Origin: an uncultured Pseudomonadales bacterium
Lineage (GTDB): Bacteria; Patescibacteriota; Microgenomatia; UBA1400; PJMF01
Length of the DNA stretch: 64,000 nt
Reading direction: 5' to 3'
Assembly (NCBI GenBank): GCA_964574595.1
Contig: CAZNOF010000005.1
Coordinates: 49,686-113,685 of the forward strand
A program made the position numbers and the translations under genes. The notes below the pieces were generated by a model. That model ran no database searches, had not been told where the DNA came from, and saw nothing but the letters and a program-made list of their open reading frames with translations. Positions 39,123 through 49,407 of this stretch are shown one piece after another. Numbering within the stretch: the stretch's first letter is position 1; the number at the start of each line of letters is the position of its first letter.

Positions 39123-40556
39123 TTACTCAGCTAAGCGAGGAAAAAGCGGTTTCAGAGCAGTAATTTTAGGGGCGGTGAAGTGATTCAAGATGGTTTGACT
39201 GGTTTCGGGCATGAAGGGTTGCAAATGGTAAGCGATATCGACAATGCGCTCAACTGCAGCATTCAAGGTTTTCACTTGTTCTTCTCCAGTTTGTTTCCAG
39301 GGTTGTTGCTCACTTAAAAATTGATCGGCTAAAATGGTCTGTTGTTTCAACCAAAGAAGCGCTCGATCTTCCTCAAATGATGCCATAAATGAACTATAGT
39401 CAGCATTACATGTGGTTGGAACTTTAGCACCTGCTATGCCTGCTTTTTCGGAAAGTTTAGCTACACGTGAGCACAAGTTGCCAATCCCATTGGCTAAATC
39501 TGATTCATAGACTTCTTTAAATCGATCGTAACTAAAGTCGCCATCACTATGTGAGGGTATTTCCTTCAGCAAAAAGTAACGAACTGGTTCTAGACCAAAT
39601 TGTTTGACGACTTCAAAAGGATCAATGACGTTTCCTAAACTTTTACTCATTTTTTGACCATTGGCCGTAATATACCCATGAATACTTATTGATTTAGGGA
39701 CAGCGAGCCCCGCAGAGAGCAGCATCCCGATCCAGTAGATTGAGTGGAATCGATTAATCCCTTTTCCGATGACGTGTACATCAGCTGGCCAATACTTCTC
39801 AAATTCTTTTTGATCAAATCCCCAGCCAATACCTGTTAGGTAGATTGAGAGGGCGTCGAACCAAACGTACATTATATGATCATCATCATTTGGAACCGGC
39901 ACTCCAAAACCTCTAGCGCGACTTTTCGATCGAGAGACACTGAAGTCTTGTAATCCCTTGTTAATGAAACCGAGCATTTCATTTTTGTATTGAGTAGAAA
40001 CAAGTCTGAGTTCATCGCTTTCAATTAATTGTTTGATCTGTGATTCATATTTGGACAGTTTGAAAAAATAGTTTTCTTCTTCAATTTGTTCGGGAACAGT
40101 TAAATGCTCTGGGCATTTACCATCAACTAATTCGTCAGGTGTATAGAATGATTCACAGCCTACACAATAGAGACCGGTGTACGTTTTTTTATAGATGTCG
40201 CCACTTTTGTCACATAGTTCCCAGAGTTTTTGTACTCCTGGCCAGTGTTTCTCTTGATCACTGCCCCGTCTAAAGCCAGTGAGACTAATACCAAAGAATT
40301 TAAACGCTTCTTTAAATATCTCGGAGTATTCATCAAGCCATTCTTGAGTGGATTTGCCGGCTTTTTCTGCAGCCTGAACATTCTTTAAACTATTTTCGTC
40401 TGCGCCTGAAATGAAGGCTACGTCTTTGCCTAACAATTTTTGATATCTGACGATCGCATCAGCCTGTAACCACTCAAAAACGTGTCCTAAGTGTGGTTTA
40501 GCATTTACGTAGGGAATAGCAGTAGTGAGATAGAAAGTATTAGCGGTTTTTGGCAC
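39123..40556 (-). CDS. metG: Methionine--tRNA ligase (short form)
   Basis: HLGH (HIGH-class) motif and KMSKS (GQKMSKSLGNV). The likely start is a GTG at 40554-40556. Confidence 0.85.
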   Translation of the reverse strand: MPKTANTFYLTTAIPYVNAKPHLGHVFEWLQADAIVRYQKLLGKDVAFISGADENSLKNVQAAEKAGKSTQEWLDEYSEIFKEAFKFFGISLTGFRRGSDQEKHWPGVQKLWELCDKSGDIYKKTYTGLYCVGCESFYTPDELVDGKCPEHLTVPEQIEEENYFFKLSKYESQIKQLIESDELRLVSTQYKNEMLGFINKGLQDFSVSRSKSRARGFGVPVPNDDDHIMYVWFDALSIYLTGIGWGFDQKEFEKYWPADVHVIGKGINRFHSIYWIGMLLSAGLAVPKSISIHGYITANGQKMSKSLGNVIDPFEVVKQFGLEPVRYFLLKEIPSHSDGDFSYDRFKEVYESDLANGIGNLCSRVAKLSEKAGIAGAKVPTTCNADYSSFMASFEEDRALLWLKQQTILADQFLSEQQPWKQTGEEQVKTLNAAVERIVDIAYHLQPFMPETSQTILNHFTAPKITALKPLFPRLAE

Positions 40557-40571
40557 AGAGCTTATTATAGC

Positions 40572-40925
40572 CTATTTTCTGAAGAATTTGGTCAACTTCT
40601 GGAGCTGAGCTTCTGCCCATTGTTCTTGATTTATTTTTTCAATCGCCATTCTAAAACCTGGTTCTTTCATCATTGCAGATACTCCAGAGATGGTTGCACT
40701 TGAAACATTGAGTATTTTCTTAATTTCTTCGTAAGCTACTTTTTTATGTAACAACAGCCCAATCGCCAATCGCTTGGAGAGCACAACTCGTTCAGTTGAG
40801 GTCAGAAAATCGTTGAGGAATTGCTTTGCATCACTCATTTTATTGAGTTCGCACAGCGCTAATGCCAGATGACCGTTAACTTCATTGGTAATTTCTTTTG
40901 AGAGATTCTTGGAGGAAACTTGCAC
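40572..40925 (-). CDS. TrpR-like DNA-binding protein, YerC/YecD family
   Basis: A 117-aa protein with the HTH LTSTERVVLSKRLAIGLLLHKKVAYEEIKKILNVSSATISGV, matching the TrpR_YerC pattern. Confidence 0.55.
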   Translation of the reverse strand: MQVSSKNLSKEITNEVNGHLALALCELNKMSDAKQFLNDFLTSTERVVLSKRLAIGLLLHKKVAYEEIKKILNVSSATISGVSAMMKEPGFRMAIEKINQEQWAEAQLQKLTKFFRK

Positions 40926-40932
40926 AGCTGCA

Positions 40933-41508
40933 TTATCTTCGGTGAGTTCGATACGTCAAGAGGAACTCTGAGCCTACAAAGAGCAAAATGGTAACTACGA
41001 CCAATGGGGTATTCCAAAAGTGATGAATTCTCAAAGAGAATAGAACACTCAGGAGAATGGCAAGTAAGAAACTTCTACGAAGATTTTGTAAGAGATACCA
41101 AGCAGTAAAGAAATGCCCAAAACCAAAAGCCAACAGGATCGGAAGATACGAATTAGGCAGAATCAGGTCTTTGATTGCGGCAGGTTGAATTTTTTGCAGG
41201 ATGATCACTGCGATGAAGTAAGAGAGTATTCCTAAGAATAAGGTGGGCAACTGCAAGATGTACTTTTTGGGAGAGAAATTCTCTGACAGAAGTAAACGAA
41301 TGAGCTGTGGTTGACTATTATGGCCGGAATTCGAAGTTTGACGATGTATGACTTTTCGTTTTTCTAGTTTTAGTGGTTTCGCTGCAGGTGGCTCCGATGT
41401 TGCTACTCCTGAAATATATTTTCCCTTCAAGTAGTCGGGCTTTTCTTTTTTATGAGTTGGCTCTGCCGGCGAGTCATCCAAAGAGAATTGCTTGAGAAGT
41501 GTTGGCAT
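40933..41508 (-). CDS. Hypothetical membrane protein (191 aa)
   Basis: A charged N-terminus is followed by 3-4 TM segments. Confidence 0.4.
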   Translation of the reverse strand: MPTLLKQFSLDDSPAEPTHKKEKPDYLKGKYISGVATSEPPAAKPLKLEKRKVIHRQTSNSGHNSQPQLIRLLLSENFSPKKYILQLPTLFLGILSYFIAVIILQKIQPAAIKDLILPNSYLPILLAFGFGHFFTAWYLLQNLRRSFLLAILLSVLFSLRIHHFWNTPLVVVTILLFVGSEFLLTYRTHRR

Positions 41509-41582
41509 AAGAAATTGATGTGTGTCTAGAGTATGAGTCTACTTTTCAGTATACTGATCATGATACTTGAAAAAGGGACCGT

Positions 41583-42698
41583 ATGGATTTGCAAATTATC
41601 ATCATTCTTCTTTTAGTAGCTGGTTTTGCTGTACTCTTTTGGCTGCTCAAACAAGCACAAAATAAAAATAGTGATTCTGAAAAGTTGGAGTCACTTGTGA
41701 ATCAAGCTTTTGGGTTATCTGCTCAAAAAATAGCGGAGCAGAGCCGTCAGATACTGATGGGAGAAAAAGAAACGATTCGCGTCGATCTAGAAAATAAACA
41801 GCGAACCATTGAAAACCTGGTTAAGACAATTCAAACAGAGCTGGCTGACCATCACACTGAACTGAGAAGTTTAGAAAAAGACAGAACGAGCAAATTTGCG
41901 GAGCTTTCAACTTCTCTCGAAAGCCACCGAAAGTTGGCTGATGATTTACGAGTCAGTACTCAACAGTTAGCATCTGTGTTGTCAAATAATCAAATGCGCG
42001 GAGCTTGGGGAGAGCGGATCATCCTCGATTTAATGAAATCGAATGGCTTAATTGAAGGCACTCACTATTCAAAGCAGACGAAGCTCACCACAACTGAGCT
42101 GCGTCCGGATATTATTCTCCTTTTACCTGATAAGCGAGTTGTGCCAGTAGATGTTAAGTTTCCTTATTCAGAAATTCAAAAGATGGCACTAACGAACGTC
42201 AAATCAGAAAAAGATGCTCATGAGAAGCAGTTTGCTGCGGATCTTAAAGTGAAGATTAACAAAGTTGCAGATTACATCAACCCAGCCTACAAAACATTAG
42301 ACTATGCGATTTTGTTCGTGCCAAATGAGATGGTTTTTTCATATATAAATCAACGCTTTCCTGATTTAGTCGATGAAGCGATGAGTAAGAAAGTGATTAT
42401 CGTTTCTCCATTTACATTTCTCATTGTGGCCAGAACCATTCTTGAGAGTTATCGAAACTTTGAGATTGAAGATAAGCTGAGAGACATTATTCAGTATGTA
42501 GGTGAGTTTGTGACGGAGTGGGGAACTTTTAAAGAAGAATTTAATAAGATGGGTCGTGCTTTGGACACCGTAAATACATCCTACGAGAAAATTCAGACCA
42601 CGCGAGCAAAAGTAATGGACAAAAAGATTCACAAGATTCAAGGGCATCAGACGCTTGGACTACCGGCATCAGATGAACCACTTGAAATTGAAGGCTAG
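41583..42698 (+). CDS. rmuC: DNA recombination protein RmuC
   Basis: An N-terminal TM, a long coiled coil and a C-terminal RmuC nuclease-like domain (ILFVPNEMVFSY...VIIVSPFTFL). Confidence 0.7.
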   Translation: MDLQIIIILLLVAGFAVLFWLLKQAQNKNSDSEKLESLVNQAFGLSAQKIAEQSRQILMGEKETIRVDLENKQRTIENLVKTIQTELADHHTELRSLEKDRTSKFAELSTSLESHRKLADDLRVSTQQLASVLSNNQMRGAWGERIILDLMKSNGLIEGTHYSKQTKLTTTELRPDIILLLPDKRVVPVDVKFPYSEIQKMALTNVKSEKDAHEKQFAADLKVKINKVADYINPAYKTLDYAILFVPNEMVFSYINQRFPDLVDEAMSKKVIIVSPFTFLIVARTILESYRNFEIEDKLRDIIQYVGEFVTEWGTFKEEFNKMGRALDTVNTSYEKIQTTRAKVMDKKIHKIQGHQTLGLPASDEPLEIEG

Positions 42699-43829
42699 TT
42701 ACAGACCTCGTACGTTCTTATCAAAAAATTCTAAATCACGTTGGATAACTGTCGACCAATCAGGTTGCATATTATGATTGGAGCCGGGATACCTATAATA
42801 GGTGACTTCAATTGGCTGAAGTGGCAAAGTTGATTGAAGTTCTGCACTCACTGTCGCTTCTGCTGTAGCCTGCTTCTTTCTACGTGTATTCTCAGTCCGG
42901 AGTTTATCTACAAACTCATCTGACCAAATGTAGTGAATTGCCTCATCGGCAACTCCCTGATGAATCTGGATAGGTCCTTTCAAGAGGTTAATGTGCTGTG
43001 GCATAGAAAATGCTAGAGCATCGTATTTCGCATCAAACTGAGAAATCCACTTTCTTGAAGCCTTTCCTTCGTCGGCCTCTTCATCACTAAAGTAGAGAAC
43101 TGAATAAGGGAATGGGGCAGTGACAGGTGCCCAAAATGTACTAGGAAATGGGAAGCTGCCTATTTCCAAGGCAGTTAAAGTGATTTGCCCTCCATTACTA
43201 TGCGCCCAAAGACCAATTTGATTTCTGTTTACCTGAATGTGGGTGGGCAGTTGCGGCTTAGACGAAAGAATATCATCAGGCACAGTAATACTTTCAGAAA
43301 AGGTAACTGTTTTGAGGAGTTCAACTACATTGATTGGTTTTTGGAAGCGAGCTTCCCACTCATCCGAGCTTTCTTTGTCACTACCACCAAAACCAAAAAA
43401 ATCTGGTGCCAAAGTGATATACCCGTGTTGGGCAAAGTACTCACCAGCATTCTTTGTTCCTGCACCTGGTGCGTAGTTGGCTGGAGGAATATAGCCTCTG
43501 ACTAGTACCAGAACAGGCAAAGAATCTGCCGTCTGAGAGTTCAATGGGACATTCATTAAGCCGGTCATTTTTTTATGCAGCGTTTCATACGAAAAAGTGA
43601 ATGAGGCAAAAGAGGGTTCGATTTTAACTAGTTTCTCAATAGTAATTTGGCTCGTTTGATACTCTCTTCCTCTCAAGTTTTCAATTGAGTATTGAAGGAG
43701 CGGCAATTGTTCTGGTTCCGGTTTGGTGACGAGAGGGATTGTGATCTTTTTTTGACCAAAAACGAAGTAACTGACAACTACAGAGGTAGACAGCACAATC
43801 AGAATCAGGAAGACTAAAAACTTTTTCAT
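42699..43829 (-). CDS. Secreted alpha/beta-hydrolase (esterase/peptidase-like)
   Basis: A signal/TM peptide and a nucleophile-elbow variant GLWAHSNGG, with Asp/His candidates downstream. Confidence 0.45.
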   Translation of the reverse strand: MKKFLVFLILIVLSTSVVVSYFVFGQKKITIPLVTKPEPEQLPLLQYSIENLRGREYQTSQITIEKLVKIEPSFASFTFSYETLHKKMTGLMNVPLNSQTADSLPVLVLVRGYIPPANYAPGAGTKNAGEYFAQHGYITLAPDFFGFGGSDKESSDEWEARFQKPINVVELLKTVTFSESITVPDDILSSKPQLPTHIQVNRNQIGLWAHSNGGQITLTALEIGSFPFPSTFWAPVTAPFPYSVLYFSDEEADEGKASRKWISQFDAKYDALAFSMPQHINLLKGPIQIHQGVADEAIHYIWSDEFVDKLRTENTRRKKQATAEATVSAELQSTLPLQPIEVTYYRYPGSNHNMQPDWSTVIQRDLEFFDKNVRGL

Positions 43830-43854
43830 GACTCCATTGAGTATATCACCGTCA

Positions 43855-43885
43855 ACAAAAAACCCTCCTGTTTGTCAGGAGGGTT
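43855..43885 (-). terminator. Rho-independent terminator after 43907-44395
   Basis: A perfect 8-bp stem ccctcctg/caggaggg (43863-43883) is followed on the minus strand by a T-run of at least six (A-run 43857-43862 on the plus strand). Confidence 0.55.
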
Positions 43886-43906
43886 AGCTTCAATAATAAA
43901 AAGAAA

Positions 43907-44395
43907 TTATTTAGTAACTTCTTCAATTTTCTTGGCAGTTGCTTGAACTGGGCCATAGAATGATCTCATCTCAAATAAGACATAAAGACCGATCAAAATA
44001 CCAACCACGCCTCCAACGATTGATGAGAAGTTTCCACCAATTGCACTCACTACTGAACCGGCCGCACTTAATAGGTTAATCCAGAAAAGTAAGATCCAGC
44101 CCTTCATTTCGCGGTTTTTTAAAGGGGTAAAAGCAGAGTACATTAAGAAGGCTGAGACAGCACTTATGACTAATGCAATTAAACTGAATACTGGATTAGC
44201 TGCCATCCACGATAACGCGTTTACAACACCGAGGACTTCGGCAATGAGGCCGAGGAGCACCAACCATGGGGAAATTTGCACTAAAATTTCAGTGATATTT
44301 TTCGGTAAATGTGGAAGTGTCTTAAAAGGATCTGCCACTTGATCGATAAATTTCATTGATTCTGCATCCGTCAATTTGTCTAAAATACTTGCCAT
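43907..44395 (-). CDS. Hypothetical membrane protein (162 aa, ~4 TM)
   Basis: Hydrophobic segments and no recognisable motif. Confidence 0.45.
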   Translation of the reverse strand: MASILDKLTDAESMKFIDQVADPFKTLPHLPKNITEILVQISPWLVLLGLIAEVLGVVNALSWMAANPVFSLIALVISAVSAFLMYSAFTPLKNREMKGWILLFWINLLSAAGSVVSAIGGNFSSIVGGVVGILIGLYVLFEMRSFYGPVQATAKKIEEVTK

Positions 44396-44482
44396 ACGCC
44401 TCCTAAATTACTGTTGTAATGAGTATAACATGAAAAATTATGCGTCAAGAAGCTTGTTTCAATAAACTGTTACAATAACGAA

Positions 44483-45457
44483 ATGCACGCGAAAAAAGAA
44501 GAAAATGAAATCTATTTCTTAACAGGAGCTGCCGGTTTTATTGGTGCCAATTTATTGCGTAGATTACTAGATGAATCTTGTGCAGTGCATATTCTCTTAA
44601 AAGAGTCATCAAATTGTTGGAGAATTGCTGAAGTCTTAAAACATCCAAAACTAACTGTTCACTACGGTGATCTCGCTGATCAGGAAGCACTCTCAGAGCT
44701 ACTGAGAAATGTGCAACCAACTGTCGTTTATCATCTAGCCACAAGAGGCGCTTACTCTTCTCAAAATGATCCCAAAGATATTTTTGAGACAAACCTTTTG
44801 GGGACTCTTCATCTGCTTGAAGTTGCCAGAGGCATGCCTCTCAAGCTATTTGTGAATACGAGCTCCACCTCAGAATATGGCAGCAAAAACCAGCCAATGA
44901 AAGAAGATGATGTGCTTGAGCCAGATAGTTTTTATGCAATTAGTAAAGTAGCTGCCACGCATGCTTGCCATCAGTACTATGTACAGTACTCAGTTCCGGT
45001 GGTGACTCTTCGCCTCTTCTCAGTCTTTGGACCATGGGAATCGCCAACCAGATTATTTCCCACATTGCTTGAATCACTTCGTTTGGGAAACATGATGAAC
45101 ATGGTGAAGCCAGAAACTGCCCGGGACTTTATTTTTATTTCTGATGTTATTGATCTTTATCGCAAGATTGAACTTCTGAGTAAGTTCCCAGGAGAAGTTT
45201 TCAACGTGGGATCCGGTAAACAAACGAGTCTCAAGCAACTGTCCGAAGTTGCCGTTCAAGTCACAAAGAAGAAAAGTCAGTTTGCCTGGAAAGCGGTACC
45301 TTCAAAAAGTTGGGACAAAGACATTTGGGTAGCTGATATGCATAAAACCTACAAGACATTGAACTGGTCAGCCAAAGTTTCAGTAGAAGAAGGTTTAAGA
45401 GAGTATTGGTCATGGTATTTGCATCATCATCAAATCTATCACTCTATGCTACACTAA
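44483..45457 (+). CDS. NAD-dependent sugar epimerase/dehydratase (extended SDR)
   Basis: GAAGFIGANL Rossmann motif and the YAISK (YxxxK) catalytic motif, in a 324-aa protein. Confidence 0.8.
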   Translation: MHAKKEENEIYFLTGAAGFIGANLLRRLLDESCAVHILLKESSNCWRIAEVLKHPKLTVHYGDLADQEALSELLRNVQPTVVYHLATRGAYSSQNDPKDIFETNLLGTLHLLEVARGMPLKLFVNTSSTSEYGSKNQPMKEDDVLEPDSFYAISKVAATHACHQYYVQYSVPVVTLRLFSVFGPWESPTRLFPTLLESLRLGNMMNMVKPETARDFIFISDVIDLYRKIELLSKFPGEVFNVGSGKQTSLKQLSEVAVQVTKKKSQFAWKAVPSKSWDKDIWVADMHKTYKTLNWSAKVSVEEGLREYWSWYLHHHQIYHSMLH

Positions 45458-45463
45458 TCGCCA

Positions 45464-46189
45464 ATGTCGTTCCGTCTCTCTTCTCTCAGTCGCACCCAGT
45501 TACGGCTTCGTCAGGAAATACTTGAGATAAGTCATCGGCATCATTTTCCACATTTGGGTTCTTGCTTAAGTATGGTCGACATACTTGATTCCATATATAA
45601 AGTGAAAAGACCGAACGACGTATTTATTCTTTCCAATGGTCATGCCGCAATCGCTTACTACGTGATTCTTAGAAAGAATGGACTATTAACAGAAAAAGAG
45701 GTTGATGAACTGATGGTTCATCCCGATGCTGCTCCTGAGCGGGGAATTTCGGTTTCTTCTGGGAGTTTAGGACAAGGCTTACCCATTTCAATTGGTTGGG
45801 CACTGGCTAATCGAAAGAGAAAGATTTTTTGCACCATTTCTGACGGCGAGTGTATGGAAGGGAGTATTTGGGAAAGTTTGAGAATAATTCAGGAACTGAA
45901 GTTAGACAATCTTTGCATAACCATTAATGCCAACGGTTGGGGAGCGTATCGACCTATTGATCTGTCATTATTGAAAAGGCAACTAAAGGCCTTACGATTT
46001 CTAGTAAAAGAAGTGAATGGGCATGACCTTCCCGAACTGCTTGCAGCTTTGAAAAGTCAAAAGAAACAAGGCTCAGAAGCCATGGAAATAATTTTTGCTA
46101 AAACGAATGTTGAACAGTATCCTTTTTTGAAGGGGCAGGCAGCGCATTATCATGTGATGACTCAAGAGAACTATGATTCAACTCGTTAA
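45464..46189 (+). CDS. Transketolase-like protein, N-terminal (TPP-binding) subunit
   Basis: HLGSCLSMVDIL...SNGHAAIAYYVIL matches the split-transketolase N-terminal half. Confidence 0.65.
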   Translation: MSFRLSSLSRTQLRLRQEILEISHRHHFPHLGSCLSMVDILDSIYKVKRPNDVFILSNGHAAIAYYVILRKNGLLTEKEVDELMVHPDAAPERGISVSSGSLGQGLPISIGWALANRKRKIFCTISDGECMEGSIWESLRIIQELKLDNLCITINANGWGAYRPIDLSLLKRQLKALRFLVKEVNGHDLPELLAALKSQKKQGSEAMEIIFAKTNVEQYPFLKGQAAHYHVMTQENYDSTR

Positions 46190-46676
46190 CCTACGCCACG
46201 AATTCGCAGAGTTAGTTCACGCTGAAATGCGTAATAATCCAGATGTCTGGGTGATAACTGGAGATCTGGGATATGGAATGTGGGACAAAATTATGTCAGA
46301 TTTTCCCGACAGATTTATAAATACAGGAGCTGCTGAACAAGCCATGATGGGACTGGCAGTAGGATTGGCACAGTCTGGCAAGATCCCGTTAGTTTACTCA
46401 ATTACTCCTTTTCTGTTGTATCGCCCATTTGAGACGATCCGGAACTACATTCATCAGGAGAAAATTCCAGTCAAGCTAGTTGGGTCGGGCCGGAATCGAG
46501 ACTACGAAAATGAAGGGTTTTCTCATTGGGCCGAAGAAGATACGGCAGTTATGAAGATCCTCTCAAATATTCACTCCTACTGGCCATCAGATTTAGCGGA
46601 ACTAAAAAAAGTTACGAAAAAAATGTTTCAGACAAATCAGCCCTTTTACATCAACTTAACGAAAGTAACAAAATGA
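46173..46676 (+). CDS. Transketolase-like protein, C-terminal (pyrimidine-binding) subunit, short
   Basis: ITGDLGYGMWD...NTGAAEQAMMGLAVGLAQSGKIPLVY matches the Transket_pyr domain. It overlaps the upstream gene by 17 nt, and its TGA stop overlaps the ATG of the next gene. Confidence 0.6.
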   Translation: MIQLVNLRHEFAELVHAEMRNNPDVWVITGDLGYGMWDKIMSDFPDRFINTGAAEQAMMGLAVGLAQSGKIPLVYSITPFLLYRPFETIRNYIHQEKIPVKLVGSGRNRDYENEGFSHWAEEDTAVMKILSNIHSYWPSDLAELKKVTKKMFQTNQPFYINLTKVTK

Positions 46677-47605
46677 AAAAGAAAAAACTAAGCGCTGTGA
46701 TTGCTTGCTACAGAGATGCTCAAGCTATTCCAGTCATGTATCAGCGCTTAACTCAGATGTTTAAAAAGTTAGCAATCGATTACGAGATTATCTTTGTCAA
46801 TGATGGTAGCCCTGATAATACGGAGGAAGTGCTTCAAAAGTTGGTAAAAAAAGATGCGCACGTGATTGGCATAAACCATTCCCGAAACTTTAGTTCGCAG
46901 ATGGCGTTTACGAGTGGGATGAATATTGCATCGGGAGATGCCTTAGTTTTCATGGATGGGGATTTACAGGATCCTCCTGAGCTAATTCCTGACTTTTTTA
47001 AAAAATATCAAGAAGGTTATGATGTCGTTTATGGTATCAGAGTGAAACGTGATGAAGTCTGGTATATGCAGCTCCTCTACAAGCTCTTTTACCGGTTTTT
47101 TTCAAGACTTTCCTATCTGCACATGCCGGTAGATGCGGGTGATTTTTCGCTGATTGATCGAAAAGTTATTAATGCCCTGAAACAGTTCCCAGAGCGGGAC
47201 CGATTTATTCGAGGCCTCAGAGCATGGGTTGGTTTTAAGCAAATTGGCGTGCCATATGTTCGACCAAAGAGAATGTTTGGTGTGAGTACCAATAATTTTT
47301 TCAAGAATTTCCGATGGGCAATTAAAGGTATTTTTTCATTCTCGTACGTACCATTGGAGATGATCACGAATTTGTCACTCATTGTTTGTATCGCCTCATT
47401 TCTCGGAATTATTTGGCAAATTATCGATCGCATCGTGGATCCGGGTACACCAAGAGGTATTACTACTATCTTGGTGGTAGTACTTTTTATTGGAGCAATC
47501 CAGCTTTTAGCTTTGAGTATCTTGGGTGAATATTTGATGAAGATTTTTGAGGAAGTGAAACAAAGACCTCCATATATTGTAAAAAGTATTTTTAAGAAGA
47601 TATGA
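46673..47605 (+). CDS. Polyprenyl-phosphate glycosyltransferase, GT2 Dpm1/GtrB/ArnC-like
   Basis: The start was reassigned to the ATG at 46673 (MKKKKLSAVIACYRD...). GT-A signature with FVNDGSPD and two C-terminal TM helices, as in GtrB/ArnC. Confidence 0.7.
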   Translation: MKKKKLSAVIACYRDAQAIPVMYQRLTQMFKKLAIDYEIIFVNDGSPDNTEEVLQKLVKKDAHVIGINHSRNFSSQMAFTSGMNIASGDALVFMDGDLQDPPELIPDFFKKYQEGYDVVYGIRVKRDEVWYMQLLYKLFYRFFSRLSYLHMPVDAGDFSLIDRKVINALKQFPERDRFIRGLRAWVGFKQIGVPYVRPKRMFGVSTNNFFKNFRWAIKGIFSFSYVPLEMITNLSLIVCIASFLGIIWQIIDRIVDPGTPRGITTILVVVLFIGAIQLLALSILGEYLMKIFEEVKQRPPYIVKSIFKKI

Positions 47606-49407
47606 TCTCTGTCACAGCTCTCAATGTGTTATTGCTACTAGCGGGCGCCGCTGGCATATTTATTTACCGACGCTTACACCCAACAAAAGAATTGAACCTC
47701 TTTTTGATACTCATGCTGTTTTCAATTGTTCCCTTAGTTAGTGTTTGGCGTAAGGGGAGTTACCAAAGTGGTGATTTCAATGATCACGTCTATTTCTTCA
47801 TGTCGTTTTACAATTCATTGCAGGATGGGATCTGGTTTCCTCGTTGGAGCGGCGGATTTTGTGGCGGATATGGATATCCACATATCCAATTTTTTTATCA
47901 TCTACCATATTATCTTGGATCCTTCTTTCACTACTTCTTAGGAACAAGTTTTGTTGATAGTCAAAAACTAGAAATATGTGTGTCTTTCTTTGGTGCAGCT
48001 GCAGCCATGTTTCTCTGGCTACGGACTGAGTTTGATCAGAAAGCAGCCTTTCTGGGGAGTGTGCTTTATATTTTGTCTCCTTATCTTTTAGCTGGAGCAC
48101 ATTTTCGAATTACACTTGGTGAAGGCTTAGGCTCTTTTTTGGTTCCTCTTATTTTGTGGTGTATAAACAAATCGTTTCAGTCAGTCAAACATAAATGGCC
48201 TTACTGGTGGGGGATAACTTTTTTTTACACCCTACTGATACTGGCGCACCACGTGGTTCCGCTACTGAGCTTGCCGTTTGTTGTGAGCTACTTTTTATTT
48301 AAATATTGGCAGTCTGAACGTAGAGATCGAAAACAATTTATTTATTTTGGCATCGCGCTTGCTACGTCTTTTCTCGTAACAAGTTACCATTGGGCGCCAA
48401 TTTTGCTTGAAACAAAGTGGATTCTCCAAAATCAGTTGCGGGTGATTGTTTTCCCTCCTATTTCATCCTATTTTTATTCTCCGTGGCGATACGGATTGCT
48501 AAATCAAGGTCATTATGGAGAACTGACTTGGACGGTGGGATATATGCACTGGCTAGTTATTCTGTTATCTACGGTAATACTCTTTGTTAAAAAAGTGACT
48601 AGGCGAGTAAAAGCGCGATTGTTATTTTTGCTGGGTTGGTTCCTGTTGCTTTTCATTATGATGCTGCCATTTACCGAGCCATTGTGGCTGGTAACACCAC
48701 TCCTGAATAATTTTCAGTTTGCATTCAGAATGCTTTTTTTAATTAATCTCGTTGTTGCTGCCTTGACTGCGGTACTGGTGTCTCAAGCTGAGGTTTTGTA
48801 TTTAACTTTTTACAGAAGCCTAAAGGGAAAACTTCCTTCAGAATTTCCAAGGAGACTATCAGATACTCACATCGGCTGGATAATTACATTATGTGTTTTT
48901 TCGACAAGTGCGTTTACCGTCCTGAATTGGGGACAGCGGACAGTGATTCCAGACTTAGATGACACCAAGTTGGAGTTGATGTTACCAAGTTGGTGTGACC
49001 AAGTGGCAATTCCGAATTGGCTCGATCAAAAAACATTTAAAAGCCTGCCGCCAAAGTCTGAGAATCTAGTAGTTGTAGATGGAACTGCCTTGATACAGCA
49101 AAAACAGTATGGAATGGAGGAACATGCCTATTCCGTCATTGCCACAGATTCGGCTACTCTTCGTGAAAACACTACCTATTTTCCTGGTTGGACGGCGTAC
49201 CTCGATGGGAAGATAATTCCAATCTCTATTTCTGATCGACAGTACTTTGGAATTATGCAAGTTGAAGTTCCGGCTGGCATGCATGATTTGCGTTTTGCAT
49301 ACGAACATACCGCTGTCCAAGTGCTCTTCGAAAAAATTAGTCTCGCTACGTTAGCAATCTGGAGTATAGTTACCGTTATCTGCCTCTATGAAAGCAAATA
49401 TGACTAA
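47602..49407 (+). CDS. Large polytopic membrane protein, probable GT-C-type glycosyltransferase (the Gtr-specific/YfhO-like partner of the GT2)
   Basis: A 601-aa protein with at least 12 TM segments and a large C-terminal extracytoplasmic domain. It overlaps the GT2 gene by 4 nt. Its position mirrors three-component Gtr-type glycosylation systems. Confidence 0.4.
   Translation: MISVTALNVLLLLAGAAGIFIYRRLHPTKELNLFLILMLFSIVPLVSVWRKGSYQSGDFNDHVYFFMSFYNSLQDGIWFPRWSGGFCGGYGYPHIQFFYHLPYYLGSFFHYFLGTSFVDSQKLEICVSFFGAAAAMFLWLRTEFDQKAAFLGSVLYILSPYLLAGAHFRITLGEGLGSFLVPLILWCINKSFQSVKHKWPYWWGITFFYTLLILAHHVVPLLSLPFVVSYFLFKYWQSERRDRKQFIYFGIALATSFLVTSYHWAPILLETKWILQNQLRVIVFPPISSYFYSPWRYGLLNQGHYGELTWTVGYMHWLVILLSTVILFVKKVTRRVKARLLFLLGWFLLLFIMMLPFTEPLWLVTPLLNNFQFAFRMLFLINLVVAALTAVLVSQAEVLYLTFYRSLKGKLPSEFPRRLSDTHIGWIITLCVFSTSAFTVLNWGQRTVIPDLDDTKLELMLPSWCDQVAIPNWLDQKTFKSLPPKSENLVVVDGTALIQQKQYGMEEHAYSVIATDSATLRENTTYFPGWTAYLDGKIIPISISDRQYFGIMQVEVPAGMHDLRFAYEHTAVQVLFEKISLATLAIWSIVTVICLYESKYD

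Noticed and set aside
46526-46672. Upstream extension of the GT2 ORF (start at 46526 in the ORF track)
   Set aside because: The extension overlaps the transketolase C-terminal-subunit gene in another frame. The ATG at 46673 gives the canonical GT2 N-terminus (MKKKKLSAVIACYRD) and the ATGA coupling.
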